A stretch of DNA of 64,000 nt, taken from assembly GCA_902494085.1 (NCBI GenBank), contig CABURU010000001.1, positions 78,475 through 142,474 on the forward strand, given 5' to 3'. The DNA comes from an uncultured Collinsella sp. (lineage in GTDB: Bacteria > Actinomycetota > Coriobacteriia > Coriobacteriales > Coriobacteriaceae). The position numbers and the translations under genes are program-made. Shown in pieces: positions 12,857 to 23,048 of this stretch (position 1 is the stretch's first letter; the number at the start of each line of letters is the position of its first letter). The notes beneath the pieces are model-generated. The model was given only the letters and a program-made list of their open reading frames with translations. It made no database searches and was not told the DNA's origin.

Positions 12857-13687
12857 ATGAGCGACGAAGAGCTCAAAAAGGTTGCCAACGAGGTAAGGAA
12901 GGGCATCGTCACCGGCGTGCACGCTGCCAAGTCCGGCCATCCGGGCGGTTCGCTCGGCGCTGCCGACATCATGACCTATCTGTACTTTGAGGAAATGAAC
13001 GTCGACCCGGCCGATCCCCGCAAGGCCGATCGCGACCGTTTTGTGCTCTCCAAGGGCCATTGCGCTCCGGGCCTGTACGCCGTGCTCGCCGAGCGTGGGT
13101 TCTTCCCCAAGGAGGATCTCGAGACGCTGCGCCATATCGGCAGCCACCTGCAAGGTCATCCCAACATGAACGACACCCCGGGCGTCGATATGTCCACCGG
13201 CTCGCTCGGCCAGGGCATCTCCGCCGCCGTGGGCATGGCGGTTGCCGCCAAGCACTGGGGCGATACTTACCGCACGTACGCCCTGCTGGGTGATGGCGAG
13301 AGCGAGGAGGGCCAGGTCTGGGAGGCAGCCATGTTTGCCGGCAACCAGCAGCTCGATAACCTCTGCGTGATCGTCGACCACAACGGCCTGCAGATCGACG
13401 GCCCCGTCGAGGAGGTCAACGACCCCATGCCGCTCGCCGACAAGTTCCGCGCCTTTAAGTTCCACGTGGTGGAGCTTGCCGACGGCAACGATTTCGATCA
13501 GATCCGCGCCGCCTTTGCCGAGGCCCGCGCCACCAAGGGTCAGCCGACCGCCATCATCGCCGAGACCATGAAGGGCAAGGGCGTTTCCTTTATGGAGAAC
13601 CAGGTTGGTTGGCACGGCAAGGCCCCCAACGATGAACAGTTTGAGCAGGCCATGGCAGAGCTCACGGCCGCCGGAGAGGAGCTCTAG
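12857..13687 (+). CDS. Transketolase, N-terminal (TPP-binding) subunit
   Basis: SGHPGGSL, LSKGH, STGSLGQG and GDGE motifs. Confidence 0.94.
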   Translation: MSDEELKKVANEVRKGIVTGVHAAKSGHPGGSLGAADIMTYLYFEEMNVDPADPRKADRDRFVLSKGHCAPGLYAVLAERGFFPKEDLETLRHIGSHLQGHPNMNDTPGVDMSTGSLGQGISAAVGMAVAAKHWGDTYRTYALLGDGESEEGQVWEAAMFAGNQQLDNLCVIVDHNGLQIDGPVEEVNDPMPLADKFRAFKFHVVELADGNDFDQIRAAFAEARATKGQPTAIIAETMKGKGVSFMENQVGWHGKAPNDEQFEQAMAELTAAGEEL

Positions 13688-13688
13688 G

Positions 13689-14630
13689 ATGGCAGACGTC
13701 AAGAAAATCGCCACGCGCGTAAGCTACGGCGAGGCCCTCGTCGAGCTCGCCAACGAGCACGATGACTTTGTGGTCCTCGACGCCGACCTGGCTGCCGCCA
13801 CGCAGACCGGCAAGTTCAAGGCAGCCTGCCCCGACCGCTTCTTCGATGTGGGCATTGCCGAGAGCAACCTGATGGGCGTCGCCGCCGGTATCGCGACCAC
13901 CGGCCGCGTTGCCTTCGCGAGCACCTTTGCCATGTTCGCTGCCGGTCGCGCCTTTGAGCAGGTCCGCAACTCCATCGGCTACCCGCACCTCAACGTTAAG
14001 ATCGGTGCCACGCATGCCGGTATCTCGGTGGGCGAGGATGGCGCCACGCACCAGTGCTGCGAGGATATTGCCCTCATGCGCGTCATCCCCGGCATGACTG
14101 TGATCGTTCCTGCCGACGACGTCGAGGCCCGCGCCGTAACGCGCGCCGCCTACGAGTGCGACGGTCCGGTGTACATGCGCTTCGCTCGTTTGGCCTCGCC
14201 GGTTATCAACGACCCCGAGACCTACAACTTCGAGTTGGGTAAGGGCATTGTCATGCGCGAGGGCGCCGACGTCACCATCATCGCCTGCGGCCTGATGGTC
14301 GGCGAGGCTCTCGAGGCCGCCGAGCAGCTCGCTGCCGAGGGCATCGACGCCGAGGTCATCAACATGCACACCATCAAGCCCATCGATGCCGACCTGATCG
14401 TCAAGAGCGCCACCAAGACCGGCCACGTCGTGACCGTCGAGGAGCATTCTGTAATCGGTGGCCTGGGCAGCGCCGTTGCCGACGTCCTGTGCGAGCAGTG
14501 CCCGACGCCCCTCAAGAAGATCGGCGTCAACGACACCTTTGGCGAGTCCGGCCCGGGTGCCGAGCTCTTGCACAAGTATGGCCTGGACGCCGCCAACATC
14601 GTGGCGACCACCAAGGAGTTCTTGGCATAA
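13689..14630 (+). CDS. Transketolase, C-terminal subunit
   Basis: GIAESNL, GEDGATHQ and TVEEH motifs. Confidence 0.94.
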   Translation: MADVKKIATRVSYGEALVELANEHDDFVVLDADLAAATQTGKFKAACPDRFFDVGIAESNLMGVAAGIATTGRVAFASTFAMFAAGRAFEQVRNSIGYPHLNVKIGATHAGISVGEDGATHQCCEDIALMRVIPGMTVIVPADDVEARAVTRAAYECDGPVYMRFARLASPVINDPETYNFELGKGIVMREGADVTIIACGLMVGEALEAAEQLAAEGIDAEVINMHTIKPIDADLIVKSATKTGHVVTVEEHSVIGGLGSAVADVLCEQCPTPLKKIGVNDTFGESGPGAELLHKYGLDAANIVATTKEFLA

Positions 14631-14678
14631 GGCAAGGCGGATCTCAAGGACTGCTTCGCCAGAACTATGGAAACCCGG

Positions 14679-14710
14679 CAGGGGCGCTCTCTTGGAGAGC
14701 GCCCCTGTTT
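14679..14710 (+). terminator. Terminator after transketolase
   Basis: CAGGGGCGCTCTC-TTG-GAGAGCGCCCCTGTTT. Confidence 0.75.
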
Positions 14711-14711
14711 C

Positions 14712-14778
14712 AGTTGCGGTGAAATAGGGACTGATTAGACCTTTTAACTGGTAAAACAGTCCCTATTTCACCGCAACT
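14712..14778. repeat. 67-bp palindromic element (family B)
   Basis: AGTTGCGGTGAAATAGGGACTG...CAGTCCCTATTTCACCGCAACT, 22-bp perfect arms. Confidence 0.9.
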
Positions 14779-14907
14779 CATGAAGACGCCCCTCAAGCAC
14801 GGTCCCATCAGGAAAAAGGGCATATATCGACAAAGCGCAATTCAGACCCTTCCAGCTTTGTATATGCAGCACCTCAAGATAAACGCAGCGACCCCTTAGT
14901 TATCACA

Positions 14908-15030
14908 GGCCGGACACAGGGTTACTCTCCAAATCTTTCCGCAGGACGGAGGAGCCCCCGCCGCACGTAGTGCGCAGCGGGGGCTCCGACATGTCCGAGG
15001 ACGATTTGGAGAGTAACCCTGTGCACGGCC
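14908..15030. repeat. Long nested hairpin upstream of ftsE
   Basis: 21-bp perfect arms CACAGGGTTACTCTCCAAATC/GATTTGGAGAGTAACCCTGTG; inner 11-bp arms GGAGCCCCCGC/GCGGGGGCTCC. Confidence 0.85.
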
Positions 15031-15134
15031 GACGGGATCCCTAAGCACGCCATGCTTCTTATGTGCAGCAAAGCTAATGCTGCTAAAATACAAAGCGCTC
15101 ATGTAGTTTAAACGCACGACGATAAGGAGCACCA

Positions 15135-16355
15135 GTGGGTAACCACTTCCGTACCTCCGGTGCGGGCGATGATGCCCCCAAGACGCAGGCAGGCGTCCAG
15201 GGCAGTCGTTTCGCCACTCCGGATTCAGAGGGCCAGCCTGTTGCTCAGGCCCCCGCTCAGCCGGCAGATCAGGCACAGCCGGCATCCGATCCCTTTGCCT
15301 ACAATCCAACCAGCGATGTCGCGCTTTCCGGCACGGCGGGTTTTGAGCCCGTTCAGGCCGTGACCGCTCGCGTGGAGCAGCCTCAGGCTGGTGCCGCCAC
15401 GCCGCAGCCTACCATGGCCGGCATTCCCGACCCCTTGGCCCCTGCGACGCCGGCTCCTCAGCCTGCGCAGTCCGGTCTCTTTGCCGCTATTCCCGACCCC
15501 ACGCAGCCTGCTGCCCCGGTGGTCGAGAGCGATCAGGCAGCCGAGGTCGCAAGCCTCGATAACGCGCTCAACAACCCCGATTTTACGTCGGTGTTTGCGC
15601 CCATCGATCCGCAGGCCAGCCGCAAGAAGATGGCCAAGCAGGCCGGTGTCGAGCCCGTCATCCTTATGGAGCATGTCACCAAGATCTATCCGGCACAGCC
15701 TAACAAGCCTGCACTCGACGACATCAACATCGAGATCTATCCGGGCGAGTTCGTCTTCCTGGTCGGTCACTCCGGCTCGGGTAAGACCACGCTGCTGTCG
15801 ACGCTCAACCGCGACGTCAAGCCGACGAGCGGCCGCATCCTGGTTGCCGGTCAGGACCTCATGAAGATCAAGAACCGTAAGGTTCCGTTCCTGCGCCGCC
15901 AGATTGGCGCCGTGTTCCAGGACTTTAAGCTTCTGCCGCAAAAGACCGCCTACGAAAACGTGGCGTTTGCCCTGCAGTGCATCGGCAAGCCCAAGGGCGT
16001 CATTCGCAGCCAGGTGCCCGAGGTGCTGCGTCTGGTCGGTCTGGCCGATCAGATGGACTCGCTGCCCGACCAGCTTTCCGGTGGCGAGCAGCAGCGCGTT
16101 GCCGTCGCCCGTGCTATGGTCAACCGTCCGCCGCTGCTGATCTGCGACGAGCCCACGGGCAACCTCGACCCGGCGATCTCGCTGGGCATCATGAAGCTGC
16201 TTGAGCGTATTAACCGCACCGGCACCACCGTGATCGTCGCCACGCACGACCGCGAGATGGTCGATAGCATGCACCGTCGCGTGATCGCCCTCGAGGGCGG
16301 CCACGTCATCCGCGACCAGGAGAGGGGAGGTTACGGCAACTATGGCACCAACTAA
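15135..16355 (+). CDS. ftsE: Cell division ATP-binding protein FtsE with a long N-terminal extension
   Basis: GHSGSGKT, LSGGEQQRV and DEPTGNLD; adjacent to ftsX; AAGGAG RBS before GTG. Confidence 0.93.
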   Translation: MGNHFRTSGAGDDAPKTQAGVQGSRFATPDSEGQPVAQAPAQPADQAQPASDPFAYNPTSDVALSGTAGFEPVQAVTARVEQPQAGAATPQPTMAGIPDPLAPATPAPQPAQSGLFAAIPDPTQPAAPVVESDQAAEVASLDNALNNPDFTSVFAPIDPQASRKKMAKQAGVEPVILMEHVTKIYPAQPNKPALDDINIEIYPGEFVFLVGHSGSGKTTLLSTLNRDVKPTSGRILVAGQDLMKIKNRKVPFLRRQIGAVFQDFKLLPQKTAYENVAFALQCIGKPKGVIRSQVPEVLRLVGLADQMDSLPDQLSGGEQQRVAVARAMVNRPPLLICDEPTGNLDPAISLGIMKLLERINRTGTTVIVATHDREMVDSMHRRVIALEGGHVIRDQERGGYGNYGTN

Positions 16356-17262
16356 CGTGGGCTACTCCTTCAAAGAGGCAATCAGCCACTTCTTCCGTAA
16401 CTGGACTACCTCGCTCGGCGCCGTCATCACGATCTTCCTTTCGCTGTTTATCATCGGCCTGTTCATCATGGGCTCTGCGATGCTGAACTCCGTGATCGGC
16501 ACCGTCGAGGATCAGGTTGTCATCAACGCGTTCATTAGTGATGACGCCGATCAGGCCGATGTTCAGGCTTTTGAGGCCGAGCTTAAGACGTGGAATAACG
16601 TCAAGTCCGTGACCTATAAGGACAAGGACGACGCGCTGGCCGAGTATACGAGCAAGATGTCGGGCAACGCCGACGCCACCATGAGCGCGCTCGATGGCCA
16701 GAACCCGCTGCCGGCTTCCTTCGCTATTGAGATGGACGATCCGTCCAAGGTCGAGAGCACGGCAAAGAAGCTCAAGAAGGATGCCGATTTCCAGAAGATC
16801 GCGGATGACGGCGACGTCAACGCGAGCGTGCTGTACGGCCAGGAGGAAGTGAGCCGCCTGTTCCAGGTGACCAACTACATCCGCATCGCCGCCGTGGTGC
16901 TCGTTGGTCTTCTGACCTTTATCGCATTCATCTTCATCAACAACACGATTCGCCTGTCCATCACGGCGCGTCGTCGTGAGATTGCGATTATGCGTCTGGT
17001 CGGCGCCAGCAACGGCTTCATTCGTGGCCCGTTTATCACCGAGGGCGTGCTGCAGGCCATTTTGGGCTCGCTGCTTTCCATCGGCGTTCTGGAGCTGCTG
17101 CGCAATCTGATGATCCCGCGTCTGCAGGAGAGCATCGGCTGGATGTCGTTTGCCCTGCCGATGCAGTACTACCTGGTGACCTATGCTGCGCTGATTCTGG
17201 TCGGCGTGATTATTGGTCTCTTTGGTTCTGCCATCGCCATGCGCCGCTACCTGCGCGTGTAG
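16342..17262 (+). CDS. ftsX: Cell division permease FtsX
   Basis: NPLPASF, NTIRLSITARRREIAIMRLVGA and PFITEG. Confidence 0.94.
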   Translation: MAPTNVGYSFKEAISHFFRNWTTSLGAVITIFLSLFIIGLFIMGSAMLNSVIGTVEDQVVINAFISDDADQADVQAFEAELKTWNNVKSVTYKDKDDALAEYTSKMSGNADATMSALDGQNPLPASFAIEMDDPSKVESTAKKLKKDADFQKIADDGDVNASVLYGQEEVSRLFQVTNYIRIAAVVLVGLLTFIAFIFINNTIRLSITARRREIAIMRLVGASNGFIRGPFITEGVLQAILGSLLSIGVLELLRNLMIPRLQESIGWMSFALPMQYYLVTYAALILVGVIIGLFGSAIAMRRYLRV

Positions 17263-17286
17263 GCATGCTTGGAATTCATCCCTTCC

Positions 17287-17320
17287 AACGGGTCGTCTCT
17301 TATGGGGCGGCCCGTTTTTT
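17287..17320 (+). terminator. Terminator after ftsX
   Basis: AACGGGTCGTCTC-TTAT-GGGGCGGCCCGTTTTTT. Confidence 0.75.
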
Positions 17321-17397
17321 GATCCCTAGGGGACGGCAGGAAAGCGAATCATTTGGGTAGACTCTTTGGAGTTCGCAATCGATAGTTAGGAGGCGCC

Positions 17398-19533
17398 ATG
17401 GGGCGCAATAACAAGCATAAGCGTGGAGCTCGCAATCAGCGCGGGCCGGTGCGCAGCGAACGCCGTCCGAGCCTGACCGGGCGCGTGCAGCTCCATGAGC
17501 ATAGCGCCTACGTTGTAACCGAAAACGGCGACTACAAGGTCATGGGCCGCGGTAAGCGCGAGATCATGGATGGCGATACCGTTGCCGTGAGCATTAAGAA
17601 CAGCCCGCACGGTGAGCGGCGCGCCGTGATCGAAAGCGTGGTTGAGCGTGCAGCCATAAGCGTGGTGGGCACGTACCAGACCGCCGGTCCGCTCGGTGTG
17701 ATCGAGCCGCTCGATTCGCGTCTGAAGGCCGACTTCTTCATTCTGCCCGAGGATACCTCGGCGGATCGTCTGGGTGTCCACCCGGGTGATGCTGTTGTCG
17801 CGCGCATTTTGACCTACCCGACGCGCCTGGAATCGGGTACCGTGACGATCGAACGCCGCATTGGCGGAGATGACGCGCCCGATTTGGGCGTTCAATATGT
17901 GATGGCGCGTTACGGCTATACCGATAGCTATCCCGAGGCCGCGCTGGACGAGGCCGAGGGGCTTTCGCTCGATGCGTCCGCGGCGCTTAAGGACCCGCTC
18001 CGCCGCGATCTGCGCGACCGCTTTGTCATCACGATCGACCCAGTCGACGCGCGCGACTTTGACGACGCCATTTCGCTGGAGCGCACGCCCGAGGGTGGCT
18101 ACAAGCTGGGTGTGCATATCGCCGACGTTTCACACTATGTGGCTTGGGACGGGCATATCGATCTTGAGGCTCGCCATCGTACGACATCGGTGTATCTGGC
18201 CGATCGCGTGCTTCCCATGCTGCCCGAACGCCTGTCCTGTGACCTGTGCTCGCTTCGCCCTGACGAGGACCGTCTTGCGTTTACCGTTGACATTGAGCTC
18301 GATGCACAGGGTCGCGTGCGGCATTACGATCCGTACCCCAGCGTGATTCGCTCGCGTGTGCGTATGGACTATGACGGCGCCGAGGCGCTGCTGGTGCGTG
18401 CCGGCGCGGTTGAGTATTCGGTGCTGGAGGGTGCAGCCGAGGATGTTGCGGCTGCCGAGACCTCGCGCGAGGAAGCGCTTGAGCGCGGTCTTGCGTGCGA
18501 GGAGGCCGCCCGCGGCTACAACGTCGACCTCGACGATTTCCTTGTCGCCGCTAACGAACTCGCCGAACTCCGCCGTCGTATCCGTCGCGCCCGCGGCTCG
18601 GTCGATTTTGACACGGCCGAGATTCGTGCTCTGTTGGATGAGGACGGAGTGCCCGTGCAGATTGTGGCGCGTGAGCGTTCGTGTGCCACGTCGCTTATCG
18701 AGGAAGCTATGCTGCTCGCCAACGAGTGCGTTGCAGAGTGGCTGGCAGACCGTGATATCGAGGCCTGCTATCGCGTGCATGAGGATCCGAGCCCCGATAG
18801 CCTGCACGGTGCCGCCGTTGCGCTGGCGCAGCTAGGCATCATCGACGATCGCCGTGCTGCCGGTATTGCCCTGGGGAGCCCCGATGAGCTGCAGGCTGCA
18901 GTCGATGCTGCCGCCGGTACGGCCAACGCACCGCTCGTTAACACGCTGCTTCTGCGCAGCATGCAGCGCGCGCTGTACAAGCCGCGCAACGAGGGCCACT
19001 TTGCGCTCGCCGCGCCGTGCTACTGTCACTTTACGAGTCCCATCCGTCGCTACCCCGATCTGGTGGTGCACCGCGTGCTCAAACTGCAGTTGGCCTATGA
19101 GCGGCTCGGCGGCAAGGACGCCTTGGTCCGTACGCCGCGGCTGATCGGCAAGGGGCGCGAGTCGCTGCCGCGCATTCTGCCGCAGATCTGCCGCGCATGC
19201 AGCGATGCCGAGCGCGCGGCAGATGCCGCCAGCCATGCGACGCAAAAGATCAAGATTGCCCAGTACTATGAGGACCGTCTGGGCGAGCGCTATGCCGGAA
19301 CCGTCTCGTGGGTTAGCAGCATGGGCCTTTTTGTGCGCTTGGACCTAACGCAGGTCGAAGGCTTGGTTTCGATCAAGAGTCTGGGCAACGAGTGGTTCGA
19401 GTTCGACGAGGACGCGCTCACGCTCACAGGTGCCGACACGGGCACCCGTTACGAGCTGGGGCAGCGCGTGATTATCGAGGTCTCGCGCGTCAATACCACG
19501 CGTGGGCACTTGGACTTTAAGCTTATCCATTAG
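17398..19533 (+). CDS. rnr: Ribonuclease R (RNB family)
   Basis: TIDPVDARDFDDA and HFTSPIRRYPDL; C-terminal S1 domain. Confidence 0.93.
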   Translation: MGRNNKHKRGARNQRGPVRSERRPSLTGRVQLHEHSAYVVTENGDYKVMGRGKREIMDGDTVAVSIKNSPHGERRAVIESVVERAAISVVGTYQTAGPLGVIEPLDSRLKADFFILPEDTSADRLGVHPGDAVVARILTYPTRLESGTVTIERRIGGDDAPDLGVQYVMARYGYTDSYPEAALDEAEGLSLDASAALKDPLRRDLRDRFVITIDPVDARDFDDAISLERTPEGGYKLGVHIADVSHYVAWDGHIDLEARHRTTSVYLADRVLPMLPERLSCDLCSLRPDEDRLAFTVDIELDAQGRVRHYDPYPSVIRSRVRMDYDGAEALLVRAGAVEYSVLEGAAEDVAAAETSREEALERGLACEEAARGYNVDLDDFLVAANELAELRRRIRRARGSVDFDTAEIRALLDEDGVPVQIVARERSCATSLIEEAMLLANECVAEWLADRDIEACYRVHEDPSPDSLHGAAVALAQLGIIDDRRAAGIALGSPDELQAAVDAAAGTANAPLVNTLLLRSMQRALYKPRNEGHFALAAPCYCHFTSPIRRYPDLVVHRVLKLQLAYERLGGKDALVRTPRLIGKGRESLPRILPQICRACSDAERAADAASHATQKIKIAQYYEDRLGERYAGTVSWVSSMGLFVRLDLTQVEGLVSIKSLGNEWFEFDEDALTLTGADTGTRYELGQRVIIEVSRVNTTRGHLDFKLIH

Positions 19534-19558
19534 CCAAATCCCGACTCATGGTGGGGGA

Positions 19559-19594
19559 GCGGAGGGCGGCCTTTCGGGACCGCCCTTCGCATTT
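19559..19594 (+). terminator. Terminator after rnr
   Basis: GCGGAGGGCGG...CCGCCCTTCGCATTT. Confidence 0.6.
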
Positions 19595-19652
19595 GAATCG
19601 TGGCTACCTTGCCGTCTGCTCGGCCGCCCGCTTTCCTGCTATTTGGGAGGTA

Positions 19653-19690
19653 AAACCTACCAAAATAAACCTGTCCCTTTTGGCAGGTTT
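19653..19690. repeat. GGGGAC-core REP-like unit (family C)
   Basis: AAACCTACCAAAATAAACCTGTCCCTTTTGGCAGGTTT, near-identical to 7471-7508. Confidence 0.8.
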
Positions 19691-19709
19691 ACAAGAAAGC
19701 GGGGATGAG

Positions 19710-20315
19710 ATGGCGACGGTGTACGGGTATGCGCGGGTGAGTTCGCGCGATCAGAATCTGAATCGGCAGCTGGATGCGCTGGGCGCCTATGGCGTGGGCT
19801 CAGCGAATATTTATGCCGACCATGCGAGCGGCAAGGACTTCGATCGACCGCATTATCGCGAGCTGCTGCACGTCCTGGGAGACGGGGACGTGCTGGTGGT
19901 GCTTTCTATCGACCGACTTGGTCGTAATTACTCCGAGATTCTTGAGGAATGGCGACGCATCACCAAGGAGCTCGGGGTTGCCATTGTGGTGTTGGACATG
20001 CCATTGCTTGACACGCGCGCTAGGGCCAGCGGCGCGCCGGATGTGACCAACACCCTGATTGCCGATATTGTGCTGCAACTGCTGAGCTACGTGGCGCAGG
20101 TGGAGCGCGAGAATATCCATCGGCGCCAGGCGGAGGGAATTGCAGCGGCGCGGGCGCGAGGGGTTCGTTTCGGTCGACCTCGCAAGCCGTGCCCTCCTCA
20201 GTTTGAGCTGGTGCGCGATAGCTATGAGGCAGGCGATATTACCCGCAGCCAGGCAGCAAAGTGCCTGGGCGTGTGCGTGGGGACGTTCGATCGCTGGATG
20301 CGCGAGGCGGGGTAG
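19710..20315 (+). CDS. Serine recombinase (resolvase/invertase family)
   Basis: YGYARVSS catalytic motif, SIDRLGRN, ERENIHRRQAEGI and GRPR plus a C-terminal HTH. Confidence 0.93.
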   Translation: MATVYGYARVSSRDQNLNRQLDALGAYGVGSANIYADHASGKDFDRPHYRELLHVLGDGDVLVVLSIDRLGRNYSEILEEWRRITKELGVAIVVLDMPLLDTRARASGAPDVTNTLIADIVLQLLSYVAQVERENIHRRQAEGIAAARARGVRFGRPRKPCPPQFELVRDSYEAGDITRSQAAKCLGVCVGTFDRWMREAG

Positions 20316-20419
20316 GGGTTTGCGTCGCTTTGTCGCTTCCTGTTGCGATTCAAATTTTGATACGGTGACGATGCCATTTGGGGCTACACTCGCTGATATT
20401 CAAAAAAGGAGGTTGGCCC

Positions 20420-21001
20420 TTGGCGCGCGTAAAACAAATAATCGGATGGACCGCGATCGTTCTGTTCGTTGCAACGCTGGCGGGCATCTGGGTGCTGACG
20501 GAGCAAAATGCGGTGGAGACGTCGTTGCTGAGCGAGTCCACCGCGCGTGTGGTGGAGGGTCAGGCTACGGGCGTTCAGGCTGCCGATGCCACGGGTGAAG
20601 CCCAGACAGAGAACGGAATGACCGGGGGCGCCGATTCGGCTGCCTCGAATGTCCGGTCTGGCCGACTTGCTTCCATTCGCATGTGGGTGGGCACAAACGT
20701 CCGTCGCGTTGCCCATACCGTAGAGTTTTTCTTCGTCGGATTGTTCGCCTCGGTGGTCGTGGTTTGCTTTTCCAGGCGTCCGTGGAGCGTATGCTCCCGT
20801 TGCGTGCCTGTATTGCTCTTTTGCGCCGCCTGCTCCGTTGGCGATCAGGTACATAAGATCTTTGTTCCCGGCAGGCATTTCGACGTTATCGATTTAGGAT
20901 TCGATGCTGCGGGCTATGTCACCGCCATGCTGTTGGTATTGCTGGCGGCGGCGTTAGTGCGCCATGCGACTCGGCCGATCGGCGCCCATGCGAGGCGCTA
21001 G
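20420..21001 (+). CDS. VanZ family membrane protein
   Basis: RRVAHTVEF and DQVHKIFVPGRHFDVIDLGFD; AGGAGG RBS before TTG. Confidence 0.8.
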   Translation: MARVKQIIGWTAIVLFVATLAGIWVLTEQNAVETSLLSESTARVVEGQATGVQAADATGEAQTENGMTGGADSAASNVRSGRLASIRMWVGTNVRRVAHTVEFFFVGLFASVVVVCFSRRPWSVCSRCVPVLLFCAACSVGDQVHKIFVPGRHFDVIDLGFDAAGYVTAMLLVLLAAALVRHATRPIGAHARR

Positions 21002-21205
21002 CCGGTAACAAACCCGTTTCTGATAATGCGACCTTGTTGAATTATTTTGTGTCGCGCGTATTTCCGAGCGGTCGGATTTGAGGGGCGAGCGGTAGAACGC
21101 TCGCCCTTTGTGCGCCACGATGCGGCACAATGTACCGCAAAAGCTGTTTGTATCCGGTACGAATCGTTCGTTGGTCTTTAATTCTTCTCAACGGAGGTGT
21201 TTGAG

Positions 21206-22057
21206 ATGGCAAACGGATTGCTTTTGCGGCTTCGCGAGCGTGAGCTCAGCGCGAGCCCGGCGGAACGCAATGTCATCGCATATGTAAGCGCTCATCCGCA
21301 CGAGGTGGTCGGGCTGTCCGTCCGCGGTCTTGCCGATGTCACGTTCTCCTCGCCCTCGAGCATTTTGCGCTTTTGCAAGCGTTTGGGTTTTGCGGGCTAC
21401 AAGGAGTTCCAGCGCGAACTGATTGCCGAGCTGGCGCTCTTAGGTGACAAGAAAGACATAGCCCTCGAGGACATCTCCATGGATGACAGCGTCGAACGTA
21501 TCGTGGGGAAGGTGATGAAAAGCAACGTGCGCACAATCGAGGCGACGGCGCGAACGCTCGATTACACCGTCTTGGAGCGATGCGCGGCCCGTCTTAAGCG
21601 GGCACGCGCGGTCAATCTGTTCGGTATTGGTGCCTCTCGTTTGGTCGCGCACGACCTGGCGCAAAAGCTCATGCGTGTCGACAAAGAGTGCCATCTGTAC
21701 GACGACTGGCATGATCAGCTCTTATGTGCCAAGAACATGCATGAGGGCGATATGGCAATCGCCTTTAGCTACTCGGGCTTGACGCAAGAGGTGCTGGACT
21801 GCACCGCCGAGGCTCAACGTCACAACTGTCCCGTTGTGGCCGTTACCAAAGTAGATGGATCATCCAAACTTGCCACCATGGCCGATGCCGTGCTCGGCGT
21901 CGCTGCGAGTGAACCCTTGGTCCGCAGCGGTGCCATGGCTTCGCGTATGGCCCAGCTTATGGTTGTCGATGCCCTGTACGCTGCTTACGTTGCCAGCGAC
22001 TACGAACGGGCGACGCATGTCATAAAGCAAAACTACATCGAGAAACAGGAAAGATGA
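21206..22057 (+). CDS. murR: MurR/RpiR family transcriptional regulator
   Basis: RpiR HTH (SILRFCKRLGFAGYKEF) plus SIS domain; lies upstream of murQ. Confidence 0.88.
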   Translation: MANGLLLRLRERELSASPAERNVIAYVSAHPHEVVGLSVRGLADVTFSSPSSILRFCKRLGFAGYKEFQRELIAELALLGDKKDIALEDISMDDSVERIVGKVMKSNVRTIEATARTLDYTVLERCAARLKRARAVNLFGIGASRLVAHDLAQKLMRVDKECHLYDDWHDQLLCAKNMHEGDMAIAFSYSGLTQEVLDCTAEAQRHNCPVVAVTKVDGSSKLATMADAVLGVAASEPLVRSGAMASRMAQLMVVDALYAAYVASDYERATHVIKQNYIEKQER

Positions 22058-22067
22058 GGTGAATGAA

Positions 22068-22991
<924 letters not shown>

Positions 22992-23048
22992 GTGCACGGC
23001 GTGAGCTGATATGACATCTAGACGAGATACCCAATACAAGGAGGAGTT

